Origin: Mycobacterium leprae TN
GTDB lineage: Bacteria; Actinomycetota; Actinomycetes; Mycobacteriales; Mycobacteriaceae
Length of the DNA: 32,000 bases
Assembly (NCBI RefSeq): GCF_000195855.1
Contig: NC_002677.1
Span: 30,001-62,000, forward strand
Direction of reading: 5' to 3'
Made by a program: the position numbers and the translations under genes. Below, piece by piece: positions 20,656 to 29,558 of the stretch (position 1 is its first letter; every line of letters begins with the position of its first letter). The notes under the pieces are model-generated. The model worked only from the letters and a program-made list of their open reading frames with translations. It was not told where the DNA came from and ran no database searches.

Positions 20656-21996
20656 GTGCACCGTATCTTGCTGATGATGGTGGCGTTGGCGTTGCTGTAC
20701 GCGCCTCCTGCTCTGGCGATCAACCCACCCTCGATTGACCCGGGCGCGGTTCCGCCCGATGTGACGGGGCCTGACCAGCCCACCGAACAGAAGGTGATGT
20801 GCTCAGCGCCCACAACGCTGCCGGATTCCAGTTTCCACGATCCGCCCTGGAGTAACATCTACATAGGCGTCAGTGAGGCGCACAAGTTCGCTACCGGGGC
20901 TGGGGTGACAGTAGCCGTGATCGACACTGGCGTCGAGGCCTCGCCGCGTGTCCCGGCGGAACCCGGTGGCGACTTTGTCGATCAAGCTGGCAACGGGCTA
21001 TCCGATTGCGACGCGCATGGAACGCTTACCGCGTCTATCATAGGCGGTCGGCCTGCGCCCACAGACGGATTCATCGGCGTAGCGCCAGATGTGCGTCTGC
21101 TCTCGTTACGACAAACCTCAGAGGCCTTTCAGCCGGTCGGCGTGCAACCTAACGCCAATGATCCCAACGCGATACCGGCGGCTGGGTCGATCCGCAGTCT
21201 GGCCCGCGCGGTGGTGCACGCCGCTAATCTTGGTGCGAGCGTGATCAATATCAGCGAAACAGCCTGCTACAAAGCAAATAAGCCGCTCGATGAATCGACA
21301 TTGGGCGCAGCGATCAACTACGCGGTCAACGTCAAGGGTGTGGTGATCATAGTGGCGGCCGGCAACACCGGCGGGGATTGCACGCAGAATCCGATGCCTG
21401 ACGTATCAATGCCCAACGACCCACGCGGCTGGAGCAAGGTGCAGACAATCGCTACACCAGCGTGGTATGCACCTTTGGTGCTCACCGTCGGTGGTATTGC
21501 ACAGAACGGGATGCCGAGCCAATTCTCAGTGCACGGACCGTGGGTAAGCGTCGCGGCGCCGACGGAAAACATCACCACGCTAGGCTATAACGGTGAACCG
21601 GTGAACGCGTTGCCAGGCGAGGAGGGTCCGGTTGCACTCGCTGGCACTTCGTTTGCCACCGCATATGTCTCAGGTTTGGCCGCCCTGCTGCGACAAAGAT
21701 TTCCAGACCTGACGCCAGCTCAGATTATCAACCGGATCATCGCCACCGCGCGCCATCCCGGAGGCGGCGTTGACGACATAGTCGGCGCGGGTGTCATCGA
21801 TGCTGTGGCAGCTCTTACCTGGGATATTACACCGGGGTCCGCGTCGGAACTGTTCAATGTCAGAAGCGTTCCGCCGCCGGTCATTACGCCGGGCCCTGAT
21901 CGCAACACGATCATGATTGTGGCTCAAGGGATCTTGGGCTTGTCGATAGCGCTGGGACTGGGTGTACTGGTTAGGCGGGCGCTACAACGCCAATGA
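20656..21996 (+). CDS. mycP1: Mycosin-1, the ESX-1 membrane-anchored subtilisin-like serine protease
   Basis: Intact 446-aa ORF with a GTG start and GGAG 9 nt upstream. It has a signal peptide, the catalytic motifs VAVIDTGV, DCDAHGT and GTSFATAYVSG, and a C-terminal transmembrane anchor (IMIVAQGILGLSIALGLGVLV). Its length is the same as M. tuberculosis MycP1. Confidence 0.95.
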   Translation: MHRILLMMVALALLYAPPALAINPPSIDPGAVPPDVTGPDQPTEQKVMCSAPTTLPDSSFHDPPWSNIYIGVSEAHKFATGAGVTVAVIDTGVEASPRVPAEPGGDFVDQAGNGLSDCDAHGTLTASIIGGRPAPTDGFIGVAPDVRLLSLRQTSEAFQPVGVQPNANDPNAIPAAGSIRSLARAVVHAANLGASVINISETACYKANKPLDESTLGAAINYAVNVKGVVIIVAAGNTGGDCTQNPMPDVSMPNDPRGWSKVQTIATPAWYAPLVLTVGGIAQNGMPSQFSVHGPWVSVAAPTENITTLGYNGEPVNALPGEEGPVALAGTSFATAYVSGLAALLRQRFPDLTPAQIINRIIATARHPGGGVDDIVGAGVIDAVAALTWDITPGSASELFNVRSVPPPVITPGPDRNTIMIVAQGILGLSIALGLGVLVRRALQRQ

Positions 21997-23396
21997 GGAA
22001 TCCAGTATGGCTACGTTTCAGCATGGGACGTGCACTGCTCGTCACAGCGTTGGTTCCGCCATGCATCATATTGTTTTTTCACACCCAATACTGGTGGGCC
22101 GGCATTGCGTTGGTGGTGTTGGTCGTGATCCTGACCCTGGTCGAATTTTCCGGGCGGTGGCTAAGCGGCTGGTTGATGGCACTCTATTCATTCTTCCGGC
22201 GTAGTAGTAAGCCGTTGGACACTCCGTCGGAACCGGTGATCGGTGCCACCGTGAAACCTGCAGATCAAGTTATTATGCGCTGGCAAGATGGGTTCCTGGT
22301 CTCGGTCGTCGAACTGATTCCCAGACCATTTACACCGACAGTCATTGTCGATGGAGAAGCGCAGACCGACGACTTGCTGGAGACTCAGCTGTTGGAGCAC
22401 CTGTTGTCGGTGCACTGTCCGGACTTGGAAGCGGTTGTTGTGTCCGCAGGTTATCGTGTCGGCCACGTTGCGTCACTAGACGTCGTCAACCTGTACCAGC
22501 AGGTGATCGGTGCCGACCCGGCGCCCGCGCATCGTCGAACCTGGATCATGCTGCGTGCTGACCCTGTGCGCACCCGCAAGTCCGCACAGCGGCGTGACGC
22601 CGGCGTAGCGGGATTGGCCCGGTATCTGATCGCGTCTACGACGCGTATCGCAGATCAGTTGGCTAGCCATGGTGTGGACGCGGTCTGTGGACACAGCTTC
22701 GAGAGCGTCGACCACGCTACCGATGTCGGCTTCATGCAGGAGAAGTGGTCGATGATGCGGGGGCAAAACGCGTACAGCGTAGCTTACACTGCGCCCGCTG
22801 GTCCGGATGCGTGGTGGTCGGCGCGGGCCGATCACACGATCACCCGGGTCTGGGTGGCTCCTGGGAAGACGCCGCAGGCCACGGTGGTGCTGACGACGCT
22901 CGGGAAACCCAAAACGCCATGTGGGTTTTACCGTCTGCACGGTGCCCAGCAGCCGGCATTGCTGGGCCGAAGCTTCGTTGCCTACCAGCATTGCCAGATG
23001 CCGATAGGATCAGCGGGTGTACTCGTTGGCGAGACAGTGAACCGGTGTTCGGTTTACATGCCGTTCGACGATGTCGACGTGAGCGTCAGCTTGGGTGACG
23101 TCCAGACGTTCACGCAGTTCGTGGTACGTGCGGCGGCTGCAGGTGGCATCGTCACACTCGGACAGCAATTCGAGAAATTCGCTAGGATGATCGGTGGGCA
23201 GATCGGGTCGGTGGCGAAGGTGGCGTGGCCTAATGCGACGACCTATCTCGACCCCTACCCCGGCAGCGAGCGGGTGATACTTAAGCATGATATCATTGGC
23301 ACTCCGCGGCATCGCAAGTTGCCGATCCGCAGGATTTCCCCCCCTGAGGAAGGCCATTACCAGATGGTGCTACCAAAGAGTAGCTACGAACTGTGA
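21993..23396 (+). CDS. eccE1: ESX-1 core membrane component EccE1
   Basis: Intact 467-aa ORF whose start overlaps the mycP1 stop (ATGA at 21993-21996). It has two N-terminal transmembrane helices. It is collinear with my recollection of Rv3882c (MRNP..LRFS.G.ALL..AL.PPCII...; PIGSAGVLVGETVNRC.VYMPFDDVD; VAWPNATTYL.P.PG..RVIL.H..IGTPRHR.LPIRR.SPPEE). Confidence 0.93.
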   Translation: MRNPVWLRFSMGRALLVTALVPPCIILFFHTQYWWAGIALVVLVVILTLVEFSGRWLSGWLMALYSFFRRSSKPLDTPSEPVIGATVKPADQVIMRWQDGFLVSVVELIPRPFTPTVIVDGEAQTDDLLETQLLEHLLSVHCPDLEAVVVSAGYRVGHVASLDVVNLYQQVIGADPAPAHRRTWIMLRADPVRTRKSAQRRDAGVAGLARYLIASTTRIADQLASHGVDAVCGHSFESVDHATDVGFMQEKWSMMRGQNAYSVAYTAPAGPDAWWSARADHTITRVWVAPGKTPQATVVLTTLGKPKTPCGFYRLHGAQQPALLGRSFVAYQHCQMPIGSAGVLVGETVNRCSVYMPFDDVDVSVSLGDVQTFTQFVVRAAAAGGIVTLGQQFEKFARMIGGQIGSVAKVAWPNATTYLDPYPGSERVILKHDIIGTPRHRKLPIRRISPPEEGHYQMVLPKSSYEL

Positions 23397-23562
23397 TAGC
23401 GTCCGTTCTTGCAGTGTAGCACGATTTGGGTGTCGATTACGCTACCGATAGGTTATTGCCTGCATGAGATTATGACAGGGTCCCAAAAGAAATTCTTTAA
23501 GTGCGGCAACCACGGACATGAGCGACGCTAAATGTCTGTAGTACTAAGGAGGCTGATGAGAC

Positions 23563-24698
23563 ATGACACAACCGCAGACGATGACGGCGGAGTAGACTGA
23601 GCTCTGGCCAGAGCCGCCGAGGTGTAGTCAGCGCTGACGATAGCACCAAAATTAATGCATTGCCGACGTATGTGCCTCTTTGTATCGCAGTCAACATGGT
23701 CCTATAACTCAATTTGAATCCGACAATATGCAGACCTATCTTGTGGCGGGCTATCAGGAGCGGCAGAAGCTGGCGCAGTCTCTGCGGAATGCGGCCAAGG
23801 CCTATGAGGTTGATGAGGAGTCAGTGTCGGTCATGAACAACGGCAGTCAAGGTTCTGTGTCGGACCATTCCGCCGGGGCCCGAGGATACGGCACCGGTCA
23901 CGGCTTCAATGGAGCCACAAAGCGAGTCGTTTTGGGCCGCATGATGCAAACGAGTGTCGCGATGGTTAAGGAAGGGTGGTTTCGTGGTGAAGTCGCATCT
24001 CACGGCATGTATGAACTACTCCAAGCTTCCTGATGGACATGGGGCCCGAAGCGAAATACAACATACAATCCGACTACCGAACCATCGGTTTTGTTTTCGT
24101 ACAACAGCAAGTGCATTCTCGAGACAGTGCAATCATCCAAACTGGCTGCCGCGGCCAAAATCTACCCGCTGCCGGACACTAATCAAAGGATCTGATTCTC
24201 AACCATATAATATATATATTGAGGTAATGAACAGTTTCAAGGGACGGTGCCGGCCGGGGCCTCACGCCGCCCATGATGTCCTCCCCGGGGGTCCTAGTGA
24301 TGACATGGCCAGCTTCTCCACAGGCGTGGAGCTGGACAAGTGCCGGGTATGGTGCGTCGGATTTGCCGGTGGCATCGGGTGTCGGGATGAAGCCGATGCC
24401 GTTCAGTGGCGGTGGATTCGTAGGTGTGCCACGATCGAAGCCGAATCTGTCCGCCCCCTTCTTGCTTCTTGATCTTGAGAAGTCCGACATCGCAGGAGTG
24501 GGTCGTGGCTGTGCCTTCCATTGACTCCGTGATGGGAAGTGGTGGCATAGGAATGCTTTATGATGGTGGTGGGGACACGGAAATTTTACAACTAAGGGCA
24601 CTTAGCAAGACGACCAAGCGCTTTCTTTACTCCGTGGACCGGGCGTGGACTGAAACATTATCGGTAATCGCTGCCAAGACAACAAGGAGTCAAAGTAA
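23563..24698 (+). pseudogene. espB: espB (ESX-1 secreted substrate, Rv3881c counterpart) pseudogene
   Basis: An AAGGAGG Shine-Dalgarno at 23546-23552 precedes ATG 23563, which opens MTQPQTMTAE; a TAG stop follows at 23593-23595 (codon 11; EspB begins MTQSQTVTVDQQ). Later frames read SDNMQTYLVAGYQERQKLAQSLRNAAKAYEVDEES (EspB: SADNMREYLAAGAKERQRLATSLRNAAKAYGEVDEE) and LYSVDRAWTETLSVI, then GNRCQDNKESK(stop) (EspB end: LYTEDRAWTEAVIGNRRRQDSKESK). The original stop TAA at 24696-24698 overlaps the espL ATG. The remnant is ~250 nt shorter than the M. tuberculosis gene. Confidence 0.9.
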
Positions 24699-25039
24699 TG
24701 GATTTGGATCCAACGCAAGCTCAGACAATGGCTCTGCTGGGGCAATTTCAGTCTGCTCTGGACGAGCAGTGTAACCGAATGACTGACGGAGTGTTCAAGG
24801 CTTCGGATCAAGAAAAGACCGTCGAAGTAACGATCAACGGCTATCAGTGGCTCACCGGTATCCGTATCGAAAGTGGCGCTTTGCGGGAGTTTGGCCACGC
24901 AGTAGTCGCCGATAGGATCAACGAAGCCTTGCAGAACGCGCAGGGCGTGGCAACCGCTTACAACGAAGTCTCGGGTGAGCAGCTCGCCGCAAGGTTGTCC
25001 GCCCTTTCTTGCTCAATCGGCGAACCGCCGCCGACTTAG
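24698..25039 (+). CDS. espL: EspL (Rv3880c counterpart), a small YbaB/EbfC-like ESX-1 accessory protein
   Basis: Intact 113-aa ORF (M. tuberculosis EspL is 115 aa). An AAGGAG Shine-Dalgarno at 24684-24689 lies 8 nt upstream of the ATG. The gene sits between the espB and espK remnants, as in M. tuberculosis. Confidence 0.85.
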   Translation: MDLDPTQAQTMALLGQFQSALDEQCNRMTDGVFKASDQEKTVEVTINGYQWLTGIRIESGALREFGHAVVADRINEALQNAQGVATAYNEVSGEQLAARLSALSCSIGEPPPT

Positions 25040-25574
25040 CGTATATTGTTGCGGCATAAACCCGAAGGACTTGGTGTTCTAGTACCCATTTCACCGACGT
25101 TGCTGGTTATTGGTGGACTGACGGCTAGTTAGTAGCCGTGGCAACGTAATGTGGCGCGGTGTCTGTGTGGTCAGCCGACCATTCTTGTCGCTTAGCATGA
25201 ATTGATGATCAGCCCAGCCAGCCGGGTACTACGCAGCCGGTGGTCCTGCACAGTAATCACTTGGTGCCCAAGGGTAAAGTCCCGTTGTGGGACAGCAGGC
25301 GTTTTGATCGTTAAATTGCTGCAGCTAGCTCTCCTTAATGTCAGTTACGCTTGATAAGAATGATCTTGCGGTATCAGAATCGACGAGTGGCCGACAGTGT
25401 ATTCGGGAAATGATGGCCTTGATCGCTGGTTCAAACTGCGCAGTACACGAGCCAATGCAGCGCACGGATTAATGCCGGACATTCTGGTGCTCGGCGGCCT
25501 GACGCTGTGGCGTGGGGCTCGTCTACAGGGCATTGATCGATGTGGCCAGGAAGGTACTGGGAGGTGGATAGAAG

Positions 25575-26940
25575 ACTGGCATTTCGAGGACAACGGGTGA
25601 TTATGTTGGGCAGATGCCCGATTCAGGTGGGTGTCAGAAGCCAATAAAAATACTTTTCAATGACCGAACACAAGAATTCAATTAAGTTGTGTTGGAAGAT
25701 TACCGATGTTTTGGAGACTGTCCAGTACAGCTAAAGTTCTAGTCTTAGACAATGGCGTCCTTGGAGGAATCTTTAACGCTTGCAGACTCCGCTAACGGAG
25801 CGAATGTCAAGAAATTGATGATGTTGCAGGATTATCTCGCAACGGTGCTTCCCCTGGTAGTAGGATAGACTGGATTAATTGCGCAAACTAATTCGGATAT
25901 TGATAACAATGTCGACAGGATCCTGGGGAATCATCTTCCAGAGAATGACGTTGAGACGGACTTCGACGAGCGTGCCGTTGCAATTAATGAATGGGGTAAC
26001 TTGACCACGTGGCCAATGTCAGCGTTGTCTCCGACGCCACCGAGTGGGTCATGGTGGGTATCGAAGAACTGGAAGCCGTCTAACCATGCTTTGAAAAATC
26101 TGCCCGAGCAGAAATCACTACCCCAGACATCCCAACGCTGGCAGTCGAGAACCCGGTCACCACACCGAACCTCCCGAGACCAACTCCGGCATTTCATCAC
26201 AATGTTGATTCCTGGAGTGACCAGTATCCTGGTCACTCCAGGAATCCTCCGGGGTCGATGTTTGACATCCCCGGGACACGACTTTCCCATATGAGACCGG
26301 CGAAGACGGACTATACGCTAGCTTCCGATAGGGTAAGTCGATCATAAACCCCAACTTGGGGCGCGAGCAGAGGACACATCAATTGATGTGGTGCCCACCT
26401 AAGCCAGTGGCGTAGGTGTACCCGCCGTGCGGTCGGCACTTGCACACCAAACCGCCAAGCACACATCAACGCTTATCGCTCGTAATGTGGCGTCGCGCAC
26501 GACACGCCTGACAGCGAGTCACCTGATTTGGCGCTCGGCCGTATCGGTTACGGTTTTGACGGTGCGGGTCGTGCGGGACGCCGTGACTGGCGCAGCCACC
26601 CTCCGCACTGCTAAGTCTGATCTGGTGGCGTTGGCGCGACGCGTAGTGACTGCGCTAAACGCGCCTTATCGCCCTGGTCTGGGTGACTTTGGATTTTTCG
26701 GATAACGACCTGGGTACCACTGACCGAAAGAAAACCGTGGTGGCCTACAGTTACGGGCTGGCCTGTATACGCAACTGGCTGTACTGGCAATACGTCGTCG
26801 GGTTGTTTGGCAGCGCCATGTCTGACACGTCCCAGGCCAAAGCCGGCAACAGCCGAGACGATGAATCCGGTTGCCTTGGCCGCCGTAATCGTGAGAATTC
26901 TTGTGGCAGAGGCATATTGGAACCTCCTACTAGCCGATAG
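25575..26940 (+). pseudogene. espK: espK (Rv3879c counterpart) pseudogene with a lost start codon, frameshifts and a large internal deletion
   Basis: ISRTTGDYVGQMPDSGG.. and ..EANKNTF/NDRTQEF match EspK [53 protein letters not shown] matches [41 protein letters not shown] matches SKNWKPPKNALEDLLQQKS. LVALARRVVTALNAPYRPGLGDFGFF matches [24 protein letters not shown]. At ~26767 SYGLACI is joined directly to NWLYWQYVVGL, which are far apart in the EspK sequence as I recall it. The 3' limit is approximate. Confidence 0.85.
26207..26246. repeat. Perfect 18-bp inverted repeat with a 4-nt spacer (hairpin-capable) inside the espK remnant
   Basis: GATTCCTGGAGTGACCAG-TATC-CTGGTCACTCCAGGAATC; the arms at 26207-26224 and 26229-26246 were verified base by base. 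It lies in the remnant of the Pro/Thr-rich repeat region. Both strands translate to IPGVT.ILVTPGI-like strings. Confidence 0.95.
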
Positions 26941-27079
26941 GGGCGGCGTTGCCGTCTGTACGGTGACGTCATGACCACCGGCTGGAGTAGCCTATCCGCT
27001 CGAAGATCAAACTTATGGGGTCGTCGGAGCTAATGTTGGAGTTGGCAGCTGCGGCGGGCTCAGCCCGCTGGTTCCCAGT

Positions 27080-27922
27080 TTTTCCGGCGCCGGCCTGGCT
27101 TACCAGACGCTTAGTCACGATGCTATCCAGCGTGGCCTATATCGGCTCACTGCGGCGCACTCAGTTACTCTTCCAGCGGAGCCGCTCTTCGGGGTCCCTA
27201 CCGGTGGCAACAGCAACCGACCGGTAGGGACCCGATGTAGCAGTGTTATCCTCGCCGTCCTTCTCGTTTTGCCTATCATTTGCTCCGGCGTTGCTCCGCC
27301 TTGAGTGGTGCACTGAAAGCCACCTTGCTGTGCAACTCGAATGGAACTCGGTTTTGCATAATTATGGCGATATCTGTTGAACCATTTGATTGGTCTGCGG
27401 GGCAATCTAAGTTTAGTTGCGGTGTGGTGGCAAAGAGTTCGTCGGGGCCAGTTCGGACAAGTTGTGTTGAAGCTGACCTCTCATAAAGAGGTCAGCCATC
27501 TGATCTAACTCTGGCGAGAATTCTGATAATAGCGACAAAACTATCGCCCCCCATACCTCCTCTGCCGGACTGACTTGTTGGGTCTAATGCCGTACTGGCT
27601 CCAACCGCGGCGCCAGCCGATCCGAAGAGAAATTACTTCAACTCGTCGCCCAGCGCCTGATTTGCTTTCGTATATACATCCGCTGCAGCGGATATGTTGG
27701 ACACTATCTTGGTAAGGGGAGCAGCTGTTAACCGTAGGCAAGTCGTCGTCGACCACCAGTGATTCAATCCCAATCCTGGGCATCGTGGTGTTGATCGCGG
27801 ACGCCAGTCGAATCGGTTCCGGTCGCTATGATCGGCGACGGAGGCACCGGGAACACCAGGTTGCCTGGTTTGGCCCTTGCTGCATCCAGGCCGGAAGGAG
27901 CGATAGCCAATGGTGCAGACAT
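27080..27922 (-). pseudogene. espJ: espJ (Rv3878 counterpart) pseudogene
   Basis: From the ATG at 27922 (minus) the sequence reads MSAPLAIAPSGLDAARAKPGNLVFPVPPSPIIATGTDS (EspJ: MAEPLAVDPTGLSAAAAKLAGLVFPQPPAPIAVSGTDS). A second frame reads LT..PLTKIVSNISAAADVYTKANQALGDEL (EspJ: ALTRTASNMNAAADVYAKTDQSLGTSL). A third (ORF 27115..27405) has AQQGGFQCTTQGGATPEQ (compare AQQAAQSAQGGSGPMPAQ). The 3' limit is inferred from the length of the M. tuberculosis gene. Confidence 0.8.
27472..27496. repeat. Perfect 10-bp stem / 5-nt loop hairpin-capable inverted repeat inside the espJ remnant
   Basis: GCTGACCTCT-CATAA-AGAGGTCAGC, with arms at 27472-27481 and 27487-27496. No T/U tract follows on either strand. 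Confidence 0.9.
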
Positions 27923-28019
27923 CGCCGGGCATGCTCTGGGTTGCACTTGAGGAAATTTACCGGACTTGGCACCACTGAATTGCCGCACTCTCGCCAATAT
28001 CGCAATACTACGGTCACCG

Positions 28020-29558
28020 CTAAAAGCTTAGGTTGCGGACCATATCGTAAACGCCGGCGATCCACAACAGCAGCGGAATGATGGATGCGACCACCGCGCC
28101 GTCGATCAATTCCATAATCCGCTTCGTCACCGGTGAAACACGACGAACCCTGACCGTTGCTCCAAATACCATCAGTGCAATAATGGCTGCCACCAGGTAG
28201 CTGGTCAGCAATAGCCAGGCAATCTGCGTGTACCAGATACATAGCTTGACGGTCAACCCGGTCGGAATCACAACGGCGGCTGCCAGTAGCGCCCATGCGC
28301 ACCAACGCTCGGCGTAGAGTCGCGACCGAAACGTGCACACCACCGTTAGCAGAAACGCCACCACTAAGCTATGTGCGAAGAAGTGTCCGCGCACGATCAC
28401 CGCGATAGCACCGGAACACAAAATTAGGGTGCCGGATATGACGTAACCGATCAGCAACCGTTTGGCCAAGGAGCTGCGTTCGGTAAGCCGCACCGCGGAG
28501 TCAGGCACGGAAGCGATGATGGCCTGCCAGGTTGGCGTCTCTTCATGAGTAGCCTCGTGCGGAGTGACAACGGGATCAAGCAATTCTTCGTTGTCTACGG
28601 TCTCGCCGGGAACGGGTATCGGTGGTAGAGCGATCCGGGCGACGGCAACGGTCAGCTTGGCTGCGTTCGTCACGATGAACAGCCCGAAGGCAACTGCCCC
28701 GGTCGGCACCCAGTGCTGGTAGCCAAAGCCGTACGCAATGGCGATCACCACGATCGCGATCGTGGTGATCGCGGTGAACGAGGCGTAGCCAGAATGCCGT
28801 CGGGCGCCTCCCCGGGTCAGCAGGGTTAAAAACAGGACAGCCGCCGCAGCAGCAGCAACCTGCGGCGGCCCCAACGAGTCGACCCCATTTGGTAGCGGGG
28901 TGACCAACGCCGCGGCACTGGCGATCAGCGGGTACGAAGTGAGCAGCAGGCTCTCAGAAAGATCCAGATTTTTGTAGAATTTTTCGGCGACGATGCTGCC
29001 GGTCAGCGCAACGATGCTCAGGATGCCGATCGCCAGCGACCAGAATGGGCTGCGCCCGGTTACCCACCAGGCCCACACCGCGACGGCAGTGATCGGCAGG
29101 CTCAAGACGGGGATTGCCACCCCGATAAAACGGTCCACCGCCTTGCGATTGAACTCTGGCGATTCGTTGAGCACTGCGATCGCGTCGATGACGTCTTCGA
29201 CCAGCGGCCGATACCGTTCTGTGCGACTCGTTGACACCAGGGTCAACAGCGACCCGTCGACAACCCCGGCATCATCGAGCGACTGGTCGAGTTTCATGGG
29301 TGGCGATCCGGGCCGGGCAAATGTCCACACACCCTGGGCGGAAAAGTCGAAGCCCGCCAGGACATCCGCCGGTGCGTCTTCGAGCAGGTCGGATAGCACC
29401 GCTACGGTTTCATCAATGTAGGCCTCGATCGACACCGTCGAGGGCAGCACCAGGTCGGTCATACGTTTGCCAGTAAGAATCGTCACCCGGGTCGCGGAAG
29501 GTCGCGCAGGAGTGATCCCGGCAGTGGCCGGGCCAGCAGTTACAGCAGGCGCGCTCAA
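28020..29558 (-). CDS. eccD1: ESX-1 core membrane channel component EccD1
   Basis: Intact 512-aa ORF that is highly similar end to end to Rv3877 as I recall it (MSAPAV.AGP..AG....RP..TRVTILTG.RMTDLVLP...; NAAKLTVAVARIALPPIPVPGETVDNEELLDP; GVYD.VRN..F). It has an N-terminal ubiquitin-like domain plus ~11 transmembrane segments. The start is a TTG (29558-29556) overlapping the espI TGA stop. Confidence 0.95.
   Translation of the reverse strand: MSAPAVTAGPATAGITPARPSATRVTILTGKRMTDLVLPSTVSIEAYIDETVAVLSDLLEDAPADVLAGFDFSAQGVWTFARPGSPPMKLDQSLDDAGVVDGSLLTLVSTSRTERYRPLVEDVIDAIAVLNESPEFNRKAVDRFIGVAIPVLSLPITAVAVWAWWVTGRSPFWSLAIGILSIVALTGSIVAEKFYKNLDLSESLLLTSYPLIASAAALVTPLPNGVDSLGPPQVAAAAAAVLFLTLLTRGGARRHSGYASFTAITTIAIVVIAIAYGFGYQHWVPTGAVAFGLFIVTNAAKLTVAVARIALPPIPVPGETVDNEELLDPVVTPHEATHEETPTWQAIIASVPDSAVRLTERSSLAKRLLIGYVISGTLILCSGAIAVIVRGHFFAHSLVVAFLLTVVCTFRSRLYAERWCAWALLAAAVVIPTGLTVKLCIWYTQIAWLLLTSYLVAAIIALMVFGATVRVRRVSPVTKRIMELIDGAVVASIIPLLLWIAGVYDMVRNLSF

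Noticed and set aside
22188-23357. Antisense ORFs within eccE1 (22476..22991, 171 aa; 23010..23357, 115 aa; 22745..23098, + strand, other frame)
   Set aside because: They are shadow frames of a high-GC coding region with low-complexity Arg/Pro/Gly composition. The eccE1 frame explains the sequence.
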